Below are positions 25,833-35,457 of a stretch of 57,405 nt of DNA, one piece after another. Positions within the stretch are counted from its first letter, which is position 1, and each line of letters starts with the position of its first letter. The stretch lies in IMG/VR virus record IMGVR_UViG_3300045988_073597, positions 1 to 57,405 of that record. One strand, given 5' to 3'. Below the pieces are notes generated by a model. That model had not been told where the DNA came from. It worked only from the letters and a program-made list of their open reading frames with translations, and ran no database searches. This DNA comes from a virus. A program made the translations under genes and the position numbers.

Positions 25833-26636
25833 TTACCTCTCAATTATATCAAAGCTCACCGACTCCATGAGTTTCTTTCCGACCCACCACAATTTAGTAG
25901 GTGTTTTCTTGTCGCCGGTATAATATTCTCGCACTTCATAATCACCAGAAAGCATATCTGGGTAATATACAAAAATGTATTGCGGATTAAACTTCTGCAT
26001 TAAGAACGTTGTGTCTTTCCATCCTCTAGCCGACCATTGCACAGATAATGTACGTTTCTGACCGACACGGTTTTTCTGCATCCTTGTATCTTCTGTACGT
26101 CCGCTTTCAGATGCCGAAACGTCTTGTAATCCATATTCCAAAAATGCGGGGCACGGAATGATAAAATCATCAACCATTAGTATTACTTCATGTCCGCTAA
26201 TTCCATACGTTTCGTATATATGCGGAGAAACAACGTAGTTATCACCGTTTTCTTTTTTGAACACTTGATATCTCCAAAGATATTGCCTATATGCATTTAT
26301 CGTTGGGATTTCTTTAGTCCAACCAGAAGTGTTTGTGGTAATGCCACTGGAATAGCCAGAAGAAAGGTAATACGTCGTTAAATTGCCCAAAACGCCCTTT
26401 TCTTTTACATTCCATATAATTGTCGGTCGTGTCTTTTCTGACGTGCCATCAGCGTATACAATGCGTTTGTAATTCCACAAATAGAAGTTTGTATAACTTG
26501 TAGGTACAAAACTACTCGACCATCCACCTGTATCATAATCAACGATTTCCGAACCGGTTGCCAGATAAAATTCTGTGATAGAAAGTATCGTATCTACTGT
26601 CGGTTTTTGATTAATGCTTGTATAATATCTTGACAT
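25833..26636 (-). CDS. Distal tail protein (Dit-like) with N-terminal insertion modules
   Basis: Position immediately after the tape measure; C-terminal half Dit-like; N-terminal half has two copies of the module also found in Tal. Confidence 0.6.
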   Translation of the reverse strand: MSRYYTSINQKPTVDTILSITEFYLATGSEIVDYDTGGWSSSFVPTSYTNFYLWNYKRIVYADGTSEKTRPTIIWNVKEKGVLGNLTTYYLSSGYSSGITTNTSGWTKEIPTINAYRQYLWRYQVFKKENGDNYVVSPHIYETYGISGHEVILMVDDFIIPCPAFLEYGLQDVSASESGRTEDTRMQKNRVGQKRTLSVQWSARGWKDTTFLMQKFNPQYIFVYYPDMLSGDYEVREYYTGDKKTPTKLWWVGKKLMESVSFDIIER

Positions 26637-26671
26637 TTCAACCTCTAAAAAAGAGAGCGCATTGCGCTCTC

Positions 26672-29600
26672 TTAATATGACGGTACAGGCTTCATCCTGT
26701 ACTCAATTTTCTGTTGTCCTCTTGATACAGCTCTTGCAAGGGCTTCATCTGTCGTTTTGAACTCCGCAACACACTGAACATTAACGTCTTGCCTGTTATT
26801 CATAAGTGCCATAGCAACACCACGCTCAACAGCATCTTGCATTTGCTCTTCGGAAATACCCATTCCGCTAGAGTTCTTCATAATACTGTCGGCAATCATG
26901 CTCATGGTCTTTCTGTTTTCCAACGGCAATACTGCTTCATCTCCTGCTTCACCGACACCAATCATAGACGCTTTAGTGAAATATCCACCAGTTTTATACC
27001 AGTTGATATTGAATTTTGGTATAGAGAATTTTGCATCTCCTATGCCAATATCGGTTTTTGTCCACTCAATGTGCGGTAGCTTGATTTTTACAGATGTCAG
27101 ACCGTTTACAAATCCTCGGATTGCTTCCTTGCCGATTTCGAATAAGTTACCCATTCCAGATCTGATTTTTCCAGGAATACCATTAATCAAATCATAAAAC
27201 GTATGGATACCATTGTTGAATCCATTCTTTAATCCGGAAACGATGTCGGCACCTTTAGGTGATACTACATTTAGGATGTTTCCGATTTTGTCAAAGGTCT
27301 GCTTTCCGATTTTTGAAACCGTGTTCAAGAATCCATTTTCTTTCACAGATTCCCAACCGGCTCTTAATCCGCTGATTGCATCTGAACCTTTTGATTTAAT
27401 CCACTGTGTAGCATTTCCAGCTTTGTCCTTTACATAAGAGCCAATTTTCTGTGCTGCCTGACCTACTTTGCTTTCTTTTACGGAATCCCAACCAGTACGC
27501 AGTCCCTCAAGCGCGTTTTGGCCTTTGTCAGACAGCCACGTTTTGGCATTGCCAAGTTTGTCCTTGATATTCTGCGGAAGATTTGAAAACCAAGAAAGTA
27601 CACTTTGAGCATTTGTGGCTAATCCATTAAGGAAACCACTCATAGTAAATCCACCGATTTCGGCAAAAACCGTAGATGGCGAATGTATTCCAAGAAATGT
27701 TTTTACAGCATCGACAAACTTACTAAAAGGACCTTTTGCTTCGTTTTCTAAATCTTCGTCTTTGCTGTGTATTCCGTTGATATATCCAGCGATAGTATCT
27801 TTTCCGGCATCTCCGGCAACAGCAGCCGTATCTTCACCGATTTTTTGAAAAACATCTTCATAGTTACTTGCAACGTCAGTATAAACCTGAACGCTACCTG
27901 TGGTCGATGCTGTTGAAGTAGTTGTGAACAAAGAATCTATGATATTTTCCGCTGCACTGCTGGCATAGCCCTCTCCATCAATTCCAAGCTGTGTAAAGTT
28001 GTCATTAATGGCTTTGTTTAAAGGGTCTATTGTATTTTTCTTGTAATCCGAAACAACAGTTCTCATATAAGTTCCTTTACTCCACTTATAATGAGCCTTT
28101 TCCATCGGGTCAAGATTTTCCCAGTCATCACCGGCTTTTTTCATAATACTGCCAATGTTGTTGATATAATCAGTTTGAAGTTTATCCGCAACTTCCTTTG
28201 CTTTTGATGTGGTTTGCTCTTTTACATAATCCATCGCACCCGGAAGTCCGTCCATTATGGCTTGATATGTCTGAGTATCACCGGCTTCTTTTGCGGAATT
28301 GGCTAAGTCGATTAACGACTGTTCTGTTTTGTCTTGCGCATCTTGTACGCTTCCGACAAGTGAGCTGAGATCGTCATTAATTGCATCCACGTTCAGACCA
28401 TCTTCATTGATGTATGCTGACCAGTCCAGATTATGCGTATTTACATAACTCTCAAAGTTATCCATTGCCTTTGTTGCATCATCAGAAACGCCCATTAGGT
28501 TAAACAGCTCTGACTGTAACTCTACAATCTGCGGATTCGTCGGGTCTGTACTGGAAAGTTCTTTCAACTTTGTAATCAAATCTTGGATTTTATTTAATGT
28601 TTCAGAAGAATATCCTGTCACATCTTCTTTCAACTTTTTAACATTGGTTCCGGCAGATTCATATGCTTTAGAAGCAACACTGCCATCCGAAAACGTAGCA
28701 TATACAAGTGTTTGATATGCTTCAAAACTTGTTTGAGCTGCTTGATAAAGGCTATCAAACTGCTCACTGAGTTTTTGCACGCCATCTTTTGTTGACAACA
28801 CACCGATATGCATTGCTGACTGGATTTTTTCTATTTCAAGCACAACGCTTTGTACGCTTTTCTTGCTTTCTTCAAAATCTCTTATCTTGTCAGATACGTT
28901 GTCAAAACTGTCTCCGACTGCATTTATCGCATCTTTTGCTGTGCTAAACAGCTTTTCAACCGGAACACCGCCTGGAGTTGAGAAAGATGCGTTTATGTAT
29001 TCTCCAACACGTTTTCCAAGCAGTTCGTCAAATGCTTTATTTACACCAACGATTGCAGATACTAACGCAGTCATTCCAACTATTGCCGCAGTCCACGGAT
29101 TTGACAATCCAATAAGTTTTAATGATGCAACTGCCACAGCTGCGCCACCTGCGATTTTTGCAAGTGCACCAACAACGTTGTCGGCACCTCTTGCAAGATC
29201 GTAAAAACCGCTGGAACTCAGAGCAAACTGAGCAAATACAGAAGTTACACCAATAGCTCCCTTTTGGAGATTTGTCATGTTATTTCTAAGTGTTTTTACT
29301 CCCTCAGAAACTGCATTGAAAAAGTTTCCGTTATCAAGAGTAGCCCTAAAGTTTTTAAAGGACTTTGATACAACATCGACTCCCTTTCCCAGTTTTGGAT
29401 ATGATGCGCTCAACTTTGAAGTATACTTTTCGTTACCGCTAAGCGAACCAATAACCATTGTGGATGTCGTAAAGACTTTTTTGAATGATTTTGACAATTC
29501 AACTATGCCTTTTACGATTTTTGTTGATGCTATTGCTTTCAAAAGTTTTGGCATCAGAATAAAGGAAGCAAGTGTTGTCTCTATCGGCGCCTGGCTAAAA

Positions 29601-31831
29601 GATGCCGCAAACATCTTTACCCCTGCGTTAATTGCTTTCCATAAGGCTTTTCCGACTTTATATCCAATATCAATAAAATCAATATCAGCAAGGAATTTTC
29701 CTATTTTCGTGCCAATCATAGTCCAGTTTGTCCTATCAAGCATGGTTATAACCGTGTTAAGGACACCTTTACACCATACATTTATAGTACGCGCCAAACT
29801 ATTGAAATCAAATGTACTGAAAAATTTATTTACGCTCTCTGCGATGGACGTCCCAAGGTTTTTCCAATCGAAACGTATTCCAAAGGACAGTGCGCCGTAA
29901 ATAACAGTGTTAAGTGCACTTGCAATGGTTGCTCCTACATCTCCGAACAGTCGTGGAGAAATAAGTCCATTAAGGAAATCTGCAAGCCCTCTTCCGAAAT
30001 TCCTCGCTTTCTCATAGATTTTGTTCCAATCTATGTTCTCTAATACATTGGAAAGCGTATCTCCTATGTATTTTCCAAGCCCGTATAACGTGTCTATTCC
30101 GCTTTCAAACATCGTAGAAACACGTTTCCATGTGCCTTGATTTCCACCAGAACCACCAGAACCACTGCCGCCACTTCCAGAACCTTTTCCACCGGAACCG
30201 CCACTGCCGCCACTTCCAGAACCAGAACTATCGCTGTTATCAGACAGCTTATTTAACTGGTCAAATGGCAATGTAGACAATGTCTTTTTCAACTGTTTTG
30301 CCGACTTATTTGCTTTATCTGTATTTTTTGATGCATCTCCTGTGCTATCTGCTAAGTCACCGGCACTGTCAGAAGCATCTCCAAGGTCTACTGCTATTCC
30401 GGCAGAACCAGATTCGTACTTCCAACCAAAAATTTTTCCAAGAGCAGCTGATACTTTCTCTGCAAACTGCGTAACAGCCATAAGTGCCGCATTTAACGCT
30501 TTTACCATTGGTTTTAATGCATTGATAATCGGCTGACCGATAACTGCACCAAGACGTTTGAAATTCTCTCGCAACATTCGCACTTGGTTCGCCCATGTAT
30601 CAGCAGTGCGTGAGAAGTCTCCCTGTGCAGCTGTTGTGTTAGCAAGAACGTACTGGTATCTCAGCATCGTTTTTTCTGCCTGTGACATAGATTCTATGTC
30701 GGCATCCATGCCGTTCTTCATAGCCCACTCTTTAAGTGTTGCTTGTGTTAAATCAAGACCGTACTGTCTAAGTGGTACAACCATTCCAGTAAATATAGAG
30801 CGTAAGTCCTCTGCTACTTCCGCTTGGTCTTTATTGTAGAAAGATGCCATGTCACCGGCTAATTTCGTAAGGTTCAAAGATACATCGGCAAGACTATCAG
30901 ATGCACCAACATAACCGTCTGTTGTTTTCTGCAAAAAGTCATTTGCTTTTGCTATCTGGCTTGTGCCGATACCCATTGCAGAACCCATTGCCTGGAACTG
31001 CGAAGCATAGGTTTTGAATGATAATTCGGACATTCCAAGCGTTTCAATACTTTTCTTTGCGTATTCCTCAACCTTGCCTGTCATTGCACCGAATGTTGTG
31101 TCTACGACGTTCTGTACCTCTGTCAGATCAGATGCAAGGTTTACAGCATCTTTTAACTTCCCGGCAGCACGAATAAGCATCCAATACGAAGCGTATAGCT
31201 TTCCGATAGCCGCAGCTAAACTAAACGTACTCAGCTTGGAACCTTTTGCCGAACCGGAATAGCTGATTAAGCTACTTTTTAAAGAATTAGCTGCTTTTCC
31301 TGCGGATGCACCAGTTCTTGACAACTTTGCAAGTGCGTTAGTCATGTCTATAAGATTCTGACTAACTCTTGGTGCAGTCGAAAGTTCAGACATAAGCTGT
31401 TTCATCGCTGTTGCTAATTTCGGTATGTTTTGAATTGCTTGCGTAGACGACTTATAGCCAAGCTGTGCAATTCCTTTTGCCAAATCTGCCAAATTTCTTG
31501 ACGCTGCGCTCATTCCGGATAATCCGTTTAAAGACTTGCCGATCTGGCCAAGAGAAGATGCGGCACGGTTAAGACTTGCCGTATCAATGGAAGCCATTTT
31601 TTCAATACCTTTAGCCGCTCTTGTAAAATCGGCAGTTCCGACAGATTTCATATTTGTCATAGCCGAAGCCAACCGGTTTACACCGTTAGCCATGCCAGTT
31701 ATTGAGCCAGTATTTACAGCACCAAGTGATGCAGATAACCGTCCTAACTTATTGCACAAATTATCAATGGCATTGCTCGCTGTCTTTGCTTGCGCCCCTA
31801 TTTTAATTTCAAGATTATCAATATTCGCCAA
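26672..31831 (-). CDS. Tape measure protein (1719 aa)
   Basis: Size, Ala/Gly-rich helical composition, internal Gly-Ser tract, position after the G/GT chaperones; TTG start with GGTGA RBS. Confidence 0.9.
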   Translation of the reverse strand: MANIDNLEIKIGAQAKTASNAIDNLCNKLGRLSASLGAVNTGSITGMANGVNRLASAMTNMKSVGTADFTRAAKGIEKMASIDTASLNRAASSLGQIGKSLNGLSGMSAASRNLADLAKGIAQLGYKSSTQAIQNIPKLATAMKQLMSELSTAPRVSQNLIDMTNALAKLSRTGASAGKAANSLKSSLISYSGSAKGSKLSTFSLAAAIGKLYASYWMLIRAAGKLKDAVNLASDLTEVQNVVDTTFGAMTGKVEEYAKKSIETLGMSELSFKTYASQFQAMGSAMGIGTSQIAKANDFLQKTTDGYVGASDSLADVSLNLTKLAGDMASFYNKDQAEVAEDLRSIFTGMVVPLRQYGLDLTQATLKEWAMKNGMDADIESMSQAEKTMLRYQYVLANTTAAQGDFSRTADTWANQVRMLRENFKRLGAVIGQPIINALKPMVKALNAALMAVTQFAEKVSAALGKIFGWKYESGSAGIAVDLGDASDSAGDLADSTGDASKNTDKANKSAKQLKKTLSTLPFDQLNKLSDNSDSSGSGSGGSGGSGGKGSGSGGSGSGGSGGNQGTWKRVSTMFESGIDTLYGLGKYIGDTLSNVLENIDWNKIYEKARNFGRGLADFLNGLISPRLFGDVGATIASALNTVIYGALSFGIRFDWKNLGTSIAESVNKFFSTFDFNSLARTINVWCKGVLNTVITMLDRTNWTMIGTKIGKFLADIDFIDIGYKVGKALWKAINAGVKMFAASFSQAPIETTLASFILMPKLLKAIASTKIVKGIVELSKSFKKVFTTSTMVIGSLSGNEKYTSKLSASYPKLGKGVDVVSKSFKNFRATLDNGNFFNAVSEGVKTLRNNMTNLQKGAIGVTSVFAQFALSSSGFYDLARGADNVVGALAKIAGGAAVAVASLKLIGLSNPWTAAIVGMTALVSAIVGVNKAFDELLGKRVGEYINASFSTPGGVPVEKLFSTAKDAINAVGDSFDNVSDKIRDFEESKKSVQSVVLEIEKIQSAMHIGVLSTKDGVQKLSEQFDSLYQAAQTSFEAYQTLVYATFSDGSVASKAYESAGTNVKKLKEDVTGYSSETLNKIQDLITKLKELSSTDPTNPQIVELQSELFNLMGVSDDATKAMDNFESYVNTHNLDWSAYINEDGLNVDAINDDLSSLVGSVQDAQDKTEQSLIDLANSAKEAGDTQTYQAIMDGLPGAMDYVKEQTTSKAKEVADKLQTDYINNIGSIMKKAGDDWENLDPMEKAHYKWSKGTYMRTVVSDYKKNTIDPLNKAINDNFTQLGIDGEGYASSAAENIIDSLFTTTSTASTTGSVQVYTDVASNYEDVFQKIGEDTAAVAGDAGKDTIAGYINGIHSKDEDLENEAKGPFSKFVDAVKTFLGIHSPSTVFAEIGGFTMSGFLNGLATNAQSVLSWFSNLPQNIKDKLGNAKTWLSDKGQNALEGLRTGWDSVKESKVGQAAQKIGSYVKDKAGNATQWIKSKGSDAISGLRAGWESVKENGFLNTVSKIGKQTFDKIGNILNVVSPKGADIVSGLKNGFNNGIHTFYDLINGIPGKIRSGMGNLFEIGKEAIRGFVNGLTSVKIKLPHIEWTKTDIGIGDAKFSIPKFNINWYKTGGYFTKASMIGVGEAGDEAVLPLENRKTMSMIADSIMKNSSGMGISEEQMQDAVERGVAMALMNNRQDVNVQCVAEFKTTDEALARAVSRGQQKIEYRMKPVPSY

Positions 31832-31883
31832 TCATTTCACCAACTTTCGTATAAAAAAAGACGGCAACCATAATAGTTACCGT

Positions 31884-32357
31884 CTATATATTTTTCCGAT
31901 GTGCTATGTCAAAATTAGCTTTCATTGTCTGCATTTTCAAAACAAATGCTTCTCTTTGCTTTTTAAGTTCCTCTTCTGACATTTCACCATCATCATCTTT
32001 TTTGCTAAGCAAAGGATGTTCCAAGTATTCAGTTTTTGCTTCGCGACCATTAACGCAATGATCTATGGCAAATGAAAAAGCGGATATTCCGTAAGTGCCA
32101 AACCATAACCACATATCGCTATCTTGCCGTTCTCTTTGAAGATTAAAGCCGTCAAAACATCTTTTCAACATGATAGGTGTCATATGTTTAAACTGTTCAA
32201 CACTAATTCCAATCGAAAATGCTCTAGGAAATATGTCATCCCATATTATTTCGTGGAATCCTTTTTCTTGTGGTCCTGCGGAACTTTTTTCGGTTTCTCC
32301 TGTGTCTCCGGATACATCTCCGCAATCATGTCGTTCAGTCCGGACAGGTCGAAAAAA
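31884..32357 (-). CDS. -1 frame extension of the tail assembly chaperone (gpT-like part of the G-T fusion)
   Basis: The -1 frame is open from 32375 and reads ...FFRPVRTERH... directly after the slippery T TTT TTC. Confidence 0.7.
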   Translation of the reverse strand, partial: FFRPVRTERHDCGDVSGDTGETEKSSAGPQEKGFHEIIWDDIFPRAFSIGISVEQFKHMTPIMLKRCFDGFNLQRERQDSDMWLWFGTYGISAFSFAIDHCVNGREAKTEYLEHPLLSKKDDDGEMSEEELKKQREAFVLKMQTMKANFDIAHRKNI

Positions 32358-32710
32358 CCATCTTCTTTCATCCACTCCTGGATGTCTTTAAATAATTTTG
32401 CGTAAGAAATTTTGTTCTCGCGCATATATCCGCGCATGATTTCAACAGTCTCTTTCTCTGTTTTCGGATTATGCTCAAGCAGACCTGCAAAAAATGCAAT
32501 TCTACATGTTTCCGGCATGTCAGCTACCTGTTTCGCAGCACCATCAAGCATATTTTTCACGGTTACTTCTTCATCAAGGTCTTTCATATCTTCTGCAACA
32601 TAAGACATGGTCATAATCTTGAACATTCTGTTCACAAGATTTTTGCACTCTGCTGCCGCAAAAGTAAACTCTAATTTATATTCGTTACCATTAACTGTAA
32701 TTGTTTTCAT
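32246..32710 (-). CDS. Tail assembly chaperone (gpG-like)
   Basis: Located between the major tail and tape measure genes; acidic C-terminus; ATG at 32710 after GGGAAAGGAAAT. Confidence 0.75.
   Translation of the reverse strand: MKTITVNGNEYKLEFTFAAAECKNLVNRMFKIMTMSYVAEDMKDLDEEVTVKNMLDGAAKQVADMPETCRIAFFAGLLEHNPKTEKETVEIMRGYMRENKISYAKLFKDIQEWMKEDGFFDLSGLNDMIAEMYPETQEKPKKVPQDHKKKDSTK
32351..32357 (-). promoter_or_regulatory. Programmed -1 ribosomal frameshift slippery heptamer U UUU UUC
   Basis: In the zero frame GGT TTT TTC. A second A-rich candidate (CCG AAA AAA G) lies about 65 nt downstream. Confidence 0.6.
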
Positions 32711-32852
32711 ATTTATTTCCTTTCCCACCTATTTTTTATAGGGAAAGGGGCAGTCCGAAAACCGCCCCTTAACTTTTATCACATAGTCAAATCGTAATCG
32801 GCTGTAGGTTCGGCATAGCCATTCAAATCAGCCGTTTCCATTGAATGGCTAG

Positions 32853-33329
32853 TTATTCCCCCGGTGTAGGTTCTACAACTGTATCGCTTCCGATCATTTC
32901 CTCAATAATCAGATTTATGGTCATAGTCAGCAAACTGTTCTGTTCTTTCGATGAAATCGGAAGTTTTGACGGCGGCTGTGCTACGACATATTCAGCCTTT
33001 TCGAATCCCGGGGTAATGGTCTCGAACCACATTCTTTTACCACCGGTTAATGCCTGATAGGCAGAGATTACCTTTTCCCATTCTGCAATTGTTTCATTGG
33101 TTTTATTGACTTCTACTGCCATTGTATCGGAAACAGTGTCACGTCCAGCGATGTTTCTGGTCTGTTTGTCCTCTAAGGCAGATGCGTCAATAGATTCCGG
33201 TTCTACCGTAACTTCGCCAATGTTATTAATACGCGTCAATAAAGTAAAAGCAGTCGGTTTAGTTCCGGCTGTTGTTTCAACACCATATGCAAATTTAATG
33301 CCAAGTGAGCTTACTCCTGCTGTTGCCAT
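32853..33329 (-). CDS. Major tail protein
   Basis: 158 aa; position and composition typical (MATAGVSSLGIKFAYGVETTAGTKPT...). Confidence 0.75.
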   Translation of the reverse strand: MATAGVSSLGIKFAYGVETTAGTKPTAFTLLTRINNIGEVTVEPESIDASALEDKQTRNIAGRDTVSDTMAVEVNKTNETIAEWEKVISAYQALTGGKRMWFETITPGFEKAEYVVAQPPSKLPISSKEQNSLLTMTINLIIEEMIGSDTVVEPTPGE

Positions 33330-33375
33330 GTTTGCTTACCTCCTAAAGTGTAAAAAAATAAGAGCCATAGGCTCT

Positions 33376-33792
33376 CTAAATCAATCTGTCATTAGCACCG
33401 ATTATTCTTTGAAATCGTGCTGTTTTTCTGTAGGTTTCCCCGTTATATTCAAAGTCTGGCATTGACTGAACCGTGAAAGCCATCTGCTTAAAGATGCTCG
33501 CCACAGTGTACATTACCCGGTTCACATCGGCTCTGTTTGTGTTTGTGGTGACATCAACCTGTATGGTTTCAAGCACCGCATTAATGCTTTTTCCCTCAAG
33601 GTCTGCGCCACGCTCAGAGCCAGACAATTCTTGAATATATACGGTTGGGAAAGCTGCTTTTCCATTTGTTTTCCCTTTATCCGTAACAAATATGTCCGGA
33701 TATTTACTTTTTAATTCTGCCAATGTTTTTGATTTTACGATAGAAAATATCGTTGTGCCTAAATCAAAAGCCCATTGATTATCTGTAACCAT
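33376..33792 (-). CDS. Tail terminator/tail completion-like protein
   Basis: 138 aa, immediately upstream of the major tail gene. Confidence 0.5.
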   Translation of the reverse strand: MVTDNQWAFDLGTTIFSIVKSKTLAELKSKYPDIFVTDKGKTNGKAAFPTVYIQELSGSERGADLEGKSINAVLETIQVDVTTNTNRADVNRVMYTVASIFKQMAFTVQSMPDFEYNGETYRKTARFQRIIGANDRLI

Positions 33793-34319
33793 TATCCGAA
33801 CACCTCTTTTGCTACTTCAACAACAATTCTTTGTAATTCAAGTGATGTATTGTACATAAAAGGTCTGCTAGGCATACCCTCTGTGAAATACCACTTTCCA
33901 TCATCGCCAGGATAAAACCACCCGTATCGCCCATCTGCAAGCTGTCTGATTGTTTTACCACTTGCATACTGCCAAGATACTCCGTCCGGTAACTTCCCCG
34001 GATATGGAGATTCGGAACCAATAATTCCAGTTCCAAACTCAACAAATAATGCATGGTCAGTACCTGCAACAACCGCCCAGACAGAACCACCATCAATCTG
34101 TCCTCTGTATTCCGAATGAACACTATTGAACAATTCTGTTGTGAACACTGCGTCAAGGTCATACACCTGTGCTCTTGCAATTTCTACGCCACGCTCAGCC
34201 AGTTTCTGCGCCAGTAGGTTACATTTATACTCTAAGCTGTTTTGATAGTCTCTAAGCTGTTTTATTGCGTTCTGTATGGATTTTTCTGATAATGTCATTG
34301 AAATCACTTTTTTTGCCAT
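33792..34319 (-). CDS. HK97 gp10-like neck/tail component
   Basis: ...VVAGTDHALFVEFGTGIIG... resembles the HK97 gp10 family. Confidence 0.6.
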   Translation of the reverse strand: MAKKVISMTLSEKSIQNAIKQLRDYQNSLEYKCNLLAQKLAERGVEIARAQVYDLDAVFTTELFNSVHSEYRGQIDGGSVWAVVAGTDHALFVEFGTGIIGSESPYPGKLPDGVSWQYASGKTIRQLADGRYGWFYPGDDGKWYFTEGMPSRPFMYNTSLELQRIVVEVAKEVFG

Positions 34320-34326
34320 AAGAAAC

Positions 34327-34788
34327 CTACTTTACATTTTTTTGTAAAAGGAACAGATCTACGGTCAATCCCTCGTCTGCAACTCCTTTTACAATGTAGT
34401 CTGCCGTATTTACATCCACCAATCCATCAGCATCTCTGCCGACATTTGATTTTTTCCAGATGTAGTCCCCGGACTTAATTGGCAAATATCCTTTGTTTGT
34501 AACAATCTGGCAGTATGATGAACTATCATCAATACCGAACTCTTTCACAAGCACTTCGCTCAGCTTGTTACTGATATTTGCAGAAAAAGTAACTGGCTCA
34601 GAAAAGCCAGTTTTTTCTTCGATGTTCTGAGGAATCTTATTTCCATCATCGTCAAGATAATAGATTTTGTTTCCGTCAGAATCCGTATAGGATGTGTAGA
34701 TGATGTTTCCGTCATCGTCACGGTCATATACAGTGAAACGCTGTCCTTGCAACGAATACTGCATACGCTGTTTATTAATATCAAGCAT
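34327..34788 (-). CDS. Head closure/connector-like protein
   Basis: 153 aa; call based on position only. Confidence 0.4.
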   Translation of the reverse strand: MLDINKQRMQYSLQGQRFTVYDRDDDGNIIYTSYTDSDGNKIYYLDDDGNKIPQNIEEKTGFSEPVTFSANISNKLSEVLVKEFGIDDSSSYCQIVTNKGYLPIKSGDYIWKKSNVGRDADGLVDVNTADYIVKGVADEGLTVDLFLLQKNVK

Positions 34789-35062
34789 TTGTATCAGAAC
34801 CCTTTTTAGCCTGTTTGTAAATCTGATTTACTCCTGTGCTTGCCAGACCGGACATAATACCTACTGCGATCGCATTAAGTACGTCATGTGCCGGATAATC
34901 TGGAATGATATACATGCCAACTACACCCAGAATGCCGCCAGCAACACCGACGATAACCGGAATGTAATTATCCTTTACTTTTGGAAACAGCTTTGCTCCA
35001 ACACCAATTAAATAAGTAATAACAACAATCGCAACGACTGTTGAAACCTGTGAAATATCCAT
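34781..35062 (-). CDS. Holin (Hol44/phi-LC3-like pattern)
   Basis: 93 aa, 3 predicted TM segments, VKDNYIPVIVGVAGGILG...SGLASTGVNQIYKQAKK and a charged C-terminus. Confidence 0.65.
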   Translation of the reverse strand: MDISQVSTVVAIVVITYLIGVGAKLFPKVKDNYIPVIVGVAGGILGVVGMYIIPDYPAHDVLNAIAVGIMSGLASTGVNQIYKQAKKGSDTNA

Positions 35063-35063
35063 T

Positions 35064-35378
35064 TTATTTCCCTGCTTTCTTCAAATGCAGCTCGTCAATT
35101 TCCTGTTTCATTTTAGTAGCCATGCCATTTCCACCTAATTTGTGATATGCGTCGTACATTTCATTAAAATTGTTATAGACATAAGACGGGATTTCCCCAA
35201 GTGCCATGTATTTATCGTGGTATTCAATCAGCTGAACACGCAGAAGCAACATGGTTCCTTTGCTGTTTGCGTCTCTGTCTCTTTTCTGCTTTTTAAGCAG
35301 CCAGACAATGTACCCCATAAATGCTGTTAAAATGACAGGAAGAGCTATCATATATGTCTGATATAAAAACTCGTTCAT
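35064..35378 (-). CDS. N-terminally membrane-anchored protein (possible holin partner)
   Basis: TM segment YMIALPVILTAFMGYIVWLL followed by KKQKRDRD and a helical domain. Confidence 0.45.
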   Translation of the reverse strand: MNEFLYQTYMIALPVILTAFMGYIVWLLKKQKRDRDANSKGTMLLLRVQLIEYHDKYMALGEIPSYVYNNFNEMYDAYHKLGGNGMATKMKQEIDELHLKKAGK

Positions 35379-35457
35379 TTTGTCTCCTGTAAAACTGCAT
35401 ACCGCCCACCGCCACTAATGCTGTATGCCCCTGCTACCATTGGTAACGCTCAATCTT

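Noticed and set aside
30130-30235. Gly/Ser-coding microsatellite-like tract in the tape measure gene, and a similar tract in the scaffold gene at about 37620-37660
   Set aside because: These are in-frame flexible linkers (GSGSGGSGG...), which are common in such proteins. They are not independent repeat elements.
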